In this document: positions 55,394-64,000 of the stretch, piece by piece
How the letters are laid out: each line of letters starts with the position of its first letter
Numbering within the stretch: position 1 is the first letter of the stretch
Origin: the human T2T-CHM13v2.0 reference genome, Homo sapiens
Length of the DNA: 64,000 nt
Strand: one strand, 5' to 3'
Assembly: GCF_009914755.1 (NCBI RefSeq)
Contig: NC_060948.1
Translations under genes and position numbers: made by a program
The notes under the pieces: model-generated
Seen by the model: the letters and a program-made list of their open reading frames with translations, nothing else
What the model was told of the DNA's origin: nothing
Database searches by the model: none

Positions 55394-58300
55394 GGCCTGG
55401 AATAAAGTGGAATGCTACGGTCTCGAATGGAATAAAAATGTATGGAATGGAATGCAATGAAATGGAATCGAATGTCATAGAATGTAATGGAATGCAAAAA
55501 AATGGAATCCAAAATCATTGACTGGAAAGGCTGGGTGTCGAAAGGAATTGACTCCAATGGAATGGAATCGAATGGAATGGAAGTGAATAGAATCGAACTA
55601 AATCGAATGGAATGGAATTGATAGGAACGGAATGGAAAGGAATGCAATGATTTGGCATGGAATGGAATCGAATGACATCGAATGGAATGGAATGGAATGC
55701 AATGGAATGGAATGTATTAGAATGTAATGAACTTTAATGGAATGTACTCGAATGGATTCGACTGGAATGGAATGTTCTGGAAGTGAATGGGCTCCAATGG
55801 AAAGGAATCAAAAGGAATGGAATCGTACGGAATGGAATCTAATGGAATGGAATTAAATGGAAATGAATCAAATTGAATAGCACGGAATTGAATTGAATGG
55901 AATCGAATGCAATGGAATCTAATGAAACGGAAAGGAAAGGAATGGAATGGAATGGAATGGGCTGGAATGGAAAGGAATCGAAACGAATGGAATGGAATCG
56001 AACTGAAGAGACTGGAATGGAATGCACTGGAATGGAAGGGAGTGTAATGGAAGGTTCTCGAAAGAAATGGAATCGAATGGAATGGAATTGAATGGAACGG
56101 AATAGAGTCGAATGGAATTGAATGGAATGGAATGGACTAGAGTGAAATGGAATCGAACCACAAGGAATGGACAGGAATAGAATGGTCTCGAATTGAATGG
56201 AATCGTATGGAATGGCATCAAACGGAATGGAATGGACAGCCACGGAATGGAATGCACTCGAATGCAATGGAGTCGAAACTAATGGAATGGAATAGAATGG
56301 ACTCGACTGGTACGGACTCCAATGGAATGGAATCGAATGGAAGGGAATCGAACGGAATGGACTCGAAGGGAAAAGACTGCAATGGAAAGGTCTCGAATGG
56401 AATGCAAATTAATGGAATGGAATGGAATCGAATGAAATGGAGTCAAAAGGAATGGAATCGAATGGCAAGAAATCGAATGTAATGGAATCGCAAGGAATTG
56501 ATGTGAACGGAACGGAATGGAATGGAATCCAAAGGAATGGAATAGAATGGAATGGAATCGAATGGAAAGGACTCGAATGGAAATCACTCGAATAGAATGC
56601 AATTTAATAAAATAGGATCAAATGTAATGGAATGGAATGGAAAGGAATCGAAACGAAAGGAATGGAGACAGATGGAATGGAATAGAACAGAGAGCAATGG
56701 TATAGAACGGAATGGAATCATCTGGAATGGAATTGAATGGAATGGAATAATATGAAATGGAATGGAATGGAATGGAATGGAATGCCCTTGAATTAAATGG
56801 ACTGGAATGGAATGGACTCGAACAGAGTGGAATGGAAAATGTTGAGATAGAATGGAATGGACTCCTTTGGAATGGTGTAGTATGCAATGCAATCGACTGG
56901 CAGGGAATCAAAAGGAATGTAATGGAATGGATTGGACTGGAATGCAATGGACTCGAATAGATTGCAAACGGAATGCAAAGGAATGGAATGGAATAGTATG
57001 GAATGGAATGGAAAGGAATGGAGTGGAATAGACTAGAGTGGAATGCAATGGACTGGAAAGCAATGGACTGGAATGGAACTTTCTTGAATGGACTGGAATC
57101 AAACGGAATGGAATGCAATGCAATCAAATGGCATGGAATAAAATAGAATGAAAGAGAATCAAATGGAATTGAATCGAATGGAATCGAATGGATTGGAAAG
57201 GAATAGAATGAAATGGAATGGAATGGACTCAAATGGAATGGACTAGAATGGAATTGATTCGAATGGAAGGCAAAGGAATGGAATCTATTGGAATGGACTG
57301 TAATGGAATGGAATGGAAGGGATTGGAATGGACTCGAATGGAATGGACTGCAATAGAAAGGATTCGAATGGAATGAAAAAGAATTGAATGGAATAGAACA
57401 GAATGGAATCAAATCGAATGAAATGGAATGGAATAGAAAGGAATGGAATGAAATGGAATGGAAAGGATTCGAATGGAATGTAATCGAATGGAATGGAATC
57501 GAACGGAATGGAATAAAATGGAAGAAAACTGGCAAGAAATGGAATCGAAATGAATGGAGTGTTATGGAACGGACTCAAAAGGAATTGAATGTAATAGAAT
57601 GGAGTGGAGTGGACTCGAATATAATGGACTGGAATGGAATGAAATCACATGGAATGGGAACGAATGGAATGGAATGGAAAGGAATGGAATCGAATGGAAA
57701 GGAATCGAATGGAAGGGAATGAAATTGAATCAACAGGAATGGAAGGGAATAGAATAGACGGTAATGGAATGGACTCGAATAGAATGGACACGAATGCTCA
57801 AATTGAATGGACTCGAATGGAATGGAAACGAAAGGAATGTCATCGAATGGAATTGAATGGATTGGAATGAAATCGCATAGAATGGAGTGGAATCAAATGG
57901 AATTGAATCGAAAGGAAAGGAAGCGAATGGACTGAAATGAAATCGAATGGAATTGAATGGAAAGTAATGCAATGGAATAGAATGGAACGAAATTTCACGG
58001 AATGGAATCAAACTGAATGGAATCAAATCAATGGAATCAAATCAAATGGAATGGAAAGGAATTGAATGGAGTAGATTGGATTGGATGGGATTGGAATGAA
58101 ATGTACTGGAAAGGACTCGAATTTCATGAAATGGAATGGAATGAATTGGAACGGAATGGACTCGAATGGAATGGAATGTCATGGAATGGCATCAAATGGA
58201 ATGGCATCAAATGGAATGGAATCGAATGCAATGGAATGCTATGGAATGGAATGGAATGCATTGGAATGAAATGTCCTCTAATGGAATGGATTCGAGTGGA

Positions 58301-58952
58301 ATGGAATCGAATATAATGGAGTCGAATGAAATGGAATTGAAAGGAATGGGATCGAATACAATGGAATATACTGGAATGTAATGTAATGAATGCGAATGTA
58401 ATTGACTGGAATGGAATGTACATGAATGGAATGTAATCGAATGGAAAGTAATCCAATGGAATAGAATCTAATGCAATAAAATCGACTCAGATAGTGTAGA
58501 ATGTAATGGAATGGAGTGCAGTGCAATGGAATGGAATGGAATGGAATGCAATGGAATGGAATGGAATGGAATGGAATGGAATGGAATGGGATGGAATGGT
58601 ATGGAATGGATAGTAATGGAGTGGAATGAAATGGACTGGAAAAGAATGGACTCAAATTGAAAGGGCTCGAAAGGAATGGAGTCAAATGGAATGGTCTGGA
58701 ATGGAATGTACACGCATGTAATGCAATCCAATAGAATGGAATCGAATGGCATGGAATATAAAGAAATGGAATCGAAGAGAATGGAAACAAATGGAATGGA
58801 ATTGAATGGAATGCAATTGAATGGAATGGGAAGGAATGGAGTGAAATTGTATGCAGTAGAAGAGAATAGAATGGAATGCAAGCGAAAGGAAAGGAATGGA
58901 TTGCAATGGAATGGAATTCATTGGAATGGAAGGGAATGTAGTGTAATGGACA
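55394..58952 (+). repeat. DYZ1 unit 16, 3559 bp
   Basis: GGCC at 55394 and 58953. Confidence 0.9.
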
Positions 58953-61900
58953 GGCCTGGAATAAAGTGGAATGCTACGGTCTCGAATGGAATAAAAATGT
59001 ATGGAATGGAATGCAATGAAACGGAATCGAATGTCATGGAATGTAATGGAATGCAAAAAAATGGAATCCAAAATCATTGACTGGAAAGGCTGGGTGTCGA
59101 AAGGAATTGACTCCAATGGAATGGAATCGAATGGAATGGAAGTGAATAGAATCGAACTAAATCGAATGGAATGGAATTGATAGGAACGGAATGGAAAGGA
59201 ATGCAATGATTTGGCATGGAATGGAATCGAATGGCATCGAATGGAATGGAATGGAATGCAATGGAATGGAATGTATTAGAATGTAATGAACATTAATGGA
59301 ATGTACTCGAATGGATTCGACTGGAATGGAATGTTCTGGAAGTGAATGGACTCCAATGGAATGGATTCGAAAGGAATGGAATCGAACGGAATGGAATCTA
59401 ATGGAATGGAATTAAATGGAAATGAATCAAATTGAATAGCACGGAATTGAATTGAATGGAATCGAATGCAATGGAATCTAATGAAACGGAAAGGAAAGGA
59501 ATGCAATGGAATGGAATGGGCTGGAATGGAAAGGAATCGAAACGAATGGAATGGAATCGAACTGAAGAGACTGGAATGGAATGCACTGGAATGGAAGGGA
59601 GTGTAATGGAAGGTTCTCGAAAAAAATGGAATCGAATGGAATGGAATTGAATGGAACGGAATAGAGTCGCATGGAATTGAATGGAATGGAATGGACTAGA
59701 GTGAAATGGAATCGAACGAAAAGGAATGGACAGGAATAGAATGGTCTCGAATTGAATGGAATCGTATGGAATGGCATCAAACGGAATGGAATGGACAGCC
59801 ACGGAATGGAATGCACTCGAATGCAATGGAGTCGAAACTAATGGACTGGAATAGAATGGACTCGACTGGTACGGACTCCAATGGAATGGAATCGAATGGA
59901 AGGGAATCGAACGGAATGGACTCGAAGGGAAAAGACTGCAATGGAAAGGTCTCGAATGGAATGGAAATTAATGGAATGGAATGGAATCGAATGAAATGGA
60001 GTCAAAAGGAATGGAATCGAATGGCAAGAAATCGAATGTAATGGAATCGCAAGGAATTGATGTGAACGGAACGGAATGGAATGGAATCCAAAGGAATGGA
60101 ATAGAATGGAATGGAATCGAATGGAAAGGACTCGAATGGAAATCACTCGAATAGAATGCAATTTAATAAAATAGGATCAAATGTAATAGAATGGAATGGA
60201 AAGGAATCGAAACGGAAGGAATGGAGACAGATGGAATGGAATGGAACAGAGAGCAATGGTATAGAATGGAATGGAATCATCTGGAATGGAATTGAATGGA
60301 ATGGAATGATATGAAATGGAATGGAATGGAATGGAATGGAATGCCCTTGAATTAAATGGACTGGACTCGAACAGAGTGGAATGGAAAGTGTTGAGATAGA
60401 ATGGAATGGACTCCTTTGGAATGGTGTAGTATGCAATGCAATCGACTGGCAGGGAATCAAAAGGAATGTAATGGAATGGATTGGACTGGAATGCAATGGA
60501 CTCGAATAGATTGGAAACGGAATGCAAAGGAATGGAATGGAATAGTATGGAATGCAATGGAAGGGAATGGAGTGGAATAGACTAGAGTGGAATGGAATGG
60601 ACTGGAAAGCAATGGACTGGAATGGAACTTTCTTGGATGGACTGGAATCAAACGGAATGTAATGCAATGCAATCAAATGGCATGGAATAAAATAGAATGA
60701 AAGAGAATCAAATGGAATTGAATCGAATGGAATCGAATGGATTGGAAAGGAATAGAATGGAATGGAATGGAATTGACTCAAATGGAATGGACTAGAATGG
60801 AATGGATTCGAATGGAAGGCAAAGGAATGGAATCTATTGGAATGGACTGTAATGGAATGGAATGGAAGGGATTGGAATGGACTCGAATGGAATGGACTGC
60901 AATAGAAAGGATTCGAATGGAATGAAAAAGAATTGAATGGAATAGAACAGAATGGAATCAAATCGAATGAAATGGAATGGAATAGAAAGGAATGGAATGA
61001 AATGGAATGGAAAGGATTCGAATGGAATGCAATCGAATGGAATGGAATCGAACGGAATGGAATAAAATGGAAGAAAACTGGCAAGAAATGGAATCGAAAT
61101 GAATGGAGTGTTATGGAACGGACTCAAAAGGAATTGAATGTAATAGAATGGAGTGGAGTGGACTCGAATATAATGGACTGGAATGGAATGAAATCACATA
61201 GAATGGGAACGAATGGAATGGAATGGAAAGGAATGGAATCGAATGGAAAGGAATCGAATGGAAGGGAATGAAATTGAATCAACAGGAATGGAAGGGAATA
61301 GAATAGACTGTAATAGAATGGACTCGAATAGAACGGACACGAATGCTCAAATTGAATGGACTCGAATGGAATGGAAACGAAAGGAATGTCATCGAATGGA
61401 ATTGAATCGATTGGAATGAAATCGCATAGAATGGAGTGGAATCAAATGGAATTGAATCGAAAGGAAAGGAAGCGAATGGACTGAAATGAAATGGAATGGA
61501 ATTGAATGGAAAGTAATGCAATGGAATAGAATGGAACGAAATTTCACGGAATGGAATCAAACTGAATGGAATCAAATCAATGGAATCAAATCAAATGGAA
61601 TGGAAAGGAATTGAATGGAGTAGATGGGATTGGATGGGATTGGAATGAAATGTACTGGAAAGGACTCGAATTTCATGAAACGGAATGGAATGAATTGGAA
61701 CGGAATGGACTCGAATGGAATGGAATGTCATGGAATGGCATCAAATGGAATGGCATCAAATGGAATGGAATCGAATGCAATGGAATGCTATGGAATGGAA
61801 TGGAATGCATTGGAATGGAATGTCCTCTAATGGAATGGATTCGAGTGGAATGGAATTGAATATAATGGAGTCGAATGAAATGGAATTGAAAGCAATGGGA

Positions 61901-62491
61901 TCGAATACAATGGAATATACTGGAATGTAACGTAATGAACTCGAATGTAATTGACTGGAATGGAATGTACATGAATGGAATGTAATCGAATGGAAAGTAA
62001 TCAAATGGAATAGAATCTAATGCAATAAAATCGACTCAGATAGAGAAGAATGTAATGGAATGGAGTGCAGTGCAATGGAATGGAATGGAATGGAATGCAA
62101 TGGAATGGAATGGAATGGAATGGAATGGGATGGAATGGTATGGAATGGGTAGTAATGGACTGGAGTGAAATGGACTGGAAAGGAATGGACTCAAATTGAA
62201 AGGGCTCGAAAGGAATGGAGACAAATGGAATGGTCTGGAATGGAATGAACACGAATGTAATGCAATCCAATAGAATGGAGTCGAATGGCATGGAATATAA
62301 AGAAATGGAATCGAAGAGAATGGAAACAAATGGAATGGAATTGAATGGAATGGAATTGAATGGAATGGGAACGAATGGAGTGAAATTGTATGCAGTAGAA
62401 GAGAATAGAATGGAATGCAAGCGAAAGGAAAGGAATGGATTGGAATGGAATGGAATTCATTGGAATGCAAGGGAATGTAGTGTAATGGACA
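58953..62491 (+). repeat. DYZ1 unit 17, 3539 bp
   Basis: GGCC at 58953 and 62492. 10-bp deletion ~60362; tract -15. Confidence 0.9.
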
Positions 62492-64000
62492 GGCCTGGAA
62501 TAAAGTGGAATGTTACGGTCTCGAATGGAATAAAAATGTATGGAATGCAATGCAATGAAACGGAATCGAATGTCATAGAATGTAATGGAATGCAACAAAA
62601 TGGAATCCAAAATCATTGACTGGAAAGGCTGGGTGTCGAAAGGAATTGACTCCAATGGAATGGAATCGAATGGAATGGAAGTGAATAGAATCGAACTAAA
62701 TCGAATGGAATGGAATTGATAGGAACGGAATGGAAAGGAATGCAATGATTTGGCATGGAATGGAATCGAATGGCATCGAATGGAATGGAATGGAATGCAA
62801 TGGAATGGAATGTATTAGAATATAATGAACTTTAATGGAATGTACTCGAATGGATTCGACTGGAATGGAATGTTCTGGAAGTGAATGGACTCCAATGGAA
62901 TGGATTCAAAAGGAATGGAATCGTACGGAATGGAATCTAATGGAATGGAATTAAATGGAAATGAATCAAATTGAATAGCACGGAATTGAATTGAATGGAA
63001 TCGAATGAAATGGAATCTAATGAAACGGAAAGGAAAGGAATGCAATGGAATGGAATGGGCTGGAATGGAAAGGAATCGAAACGAATGGAATGGAATCGAA
63101 CTGAAGAGACTGGAATGGAATGCACTGGAATGGAAGGGAGTGTAATGGAAGGTTCTCGAAAAAAATGGAATCGAATGGAATGGAATTGAATGGAACGGAA
63201 TAGAGTCGAATGGAATTGAATGGAATGGAATGGACTAGAGTGAAATGGAATCGAACCACAAGGAATGGACAGGAATAGAATGGTCTCGAATTGAATGGAA
63301 TCGTATGGAATGGCATCAAACGGAATGGAATGGACAGCCACGGAATGGAATGCACTCGAATGCAATGGAGTCGAAACTAATGGACTGGAATAGAATGGAC
63401 TCGACTGGTACGGACTCCAATGGAATGGAATCGAATGGAAGGGAATCGAACGGAATGGACTCGAAGGGAAAAGACTGCAATGGAAAGGTCTCGAATGGAA
63501 TGGAAATTAATGGAATGGAATGGAATCGAATGAAATGGAGTCAAAAGGAATGGAATCGAATGGCAAGAAATCGAATGTAATGGAATCGCAAGGAATTGAT
63601 GTGAACGGAACGGAATGGAATGGAATCCAAAGGAATGGAATAGAATGGAATGGAATCGAATGGAAAGGACTCGAATGGAAATCACTCGAATAGAATGCAA
63701 TTTAATAAAATAGGATCAAATGTAATGGAATGGAATGGAAAGGAATCGAAACGAAAGGAATGGAGACAGATGGAATGGAATAGAACAGAGAGCAATGGTA
63801 TAGAATGGAATGGAATCATCTGGAATGGAATTGAATGGAATGGAATAATATGAAATGGAATGGAATGGAATGGAATGGAATGCCCTTGAATTAAATGGAC
63901 TGGAATGGAATGGACTCGAACAGAGTGGAATGGAAAGTGTTGAGATAGAATGGAATGGACTCCTTTGGAATGGTGTAGTATGCAATGCAATCGACTGGCA
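62492..64000 (+). repeat. Partial DYZ1 unit (3'-truncated by window edge)
   Basis: Starts at the GGCC at 62492; landmark order is normal to the window end. Confidence 0.9.

Larger units (their letters stand above)
1..64000 (+). repeat. DYZ1: Human satellite III (HSat3) array, DYZ1-type ~3.56-kb higher-order repeat, GGAAT strand on +
   Basis: Seen: degenerate GGAAT/CGAAT pentamers throughout. Landmarks such as GACAGGCCTGGAATAAAG and GGCTGGGTGTCG recur every ~3.5-3.57 kb, with one HaeIII and one EcoRI site per unit and spacings of exactly 3564 bp (27529-31093-34657). Established: the DYZ1 unit of human Yq12 is a 3564-bp pentamer-based repeat released by HaeIII/EcoRI. Chromosome assignment is inferred, not searched. 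Confidence 0.95.

Noticed and set aside
20-63990. Hundreds of ORFs of 60-418 aa (MEWNG.../HSIPF... repeats)
   Set aside because: They are direct translations of the pentamer, which has no stop codon in pure form on either strand. They overlap in all frames, recur with the unit, contain no recognisable domain, and are freely frameshifted by 5- and 10-bp indels.
1-64000. CRISPR-like or prokaryotic repeat/defence system
   Set aside because: There are no unique spacers, no cas or other genes, and no non-repetitive DNA. The whole unit is repeated, as in eukaryotic satellite.
1-64000. DYZ2/HSat1B blocks, Alu/L1 insertions or inversions
   Set aside because: None seen. Orientation is GGAAT on + throughout and all unit lengths are accounted for by small indels plus one 605-bp deletion.
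1-64000. Alternative assignment as HSat2, telomeric or alpha-satellite DNA
   Set aside because: There are no TTAGGG tracts, no 171-bp monomer or CENP-B box, and no ~23-26-bp HSat2 periodicity. The pentamer plus 3564-bp HaeIII/EcoRI period fits DYZ1 HSat3.

Overview
The whole 64 kb is one uninterrupted, single-orientation tandem satellite array built from a degenerate (GGAAT)n/(CATTC)n pentamer. The pentamers are organised into a ~3.56-kb higher-order unit carrying one HaeIII/StuI site (AGGCCT) and one EcoRI site 39 bp upstream of the GGCC. Several spacings are exactly 3564 bp. This is the signature of human satellite III DYZ1 (HSat3) of Yq12 heterochromatin; that assignment is from known unit length and restriction pattern, not from a database search. 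The window holds 17 complete HaeIII-to-HaeIII units plus two partial ones. I see no credible protein-coding gene, RNA gene, transposon, CRISPR array or DYZ2/Alu interruption, and all ORFs in the track are translations of the pentamer (MEWNG/HSIPF). I found no previously undescribed gene system. The non-trivial structure is internal to the satellite: three perfect heat-shock elements per unit, four fixed pentamer-register breaks clustered in ~1.1 kb, a 605-bp in-register deletion unit, recent single-unit tandem duplications, a collinear multi-unit duplication revealed by shared variants, a hypervariable (GGAAT)n tract, restriction-site variants, and a more diverged, consensus-like segment near 58-60 kb.
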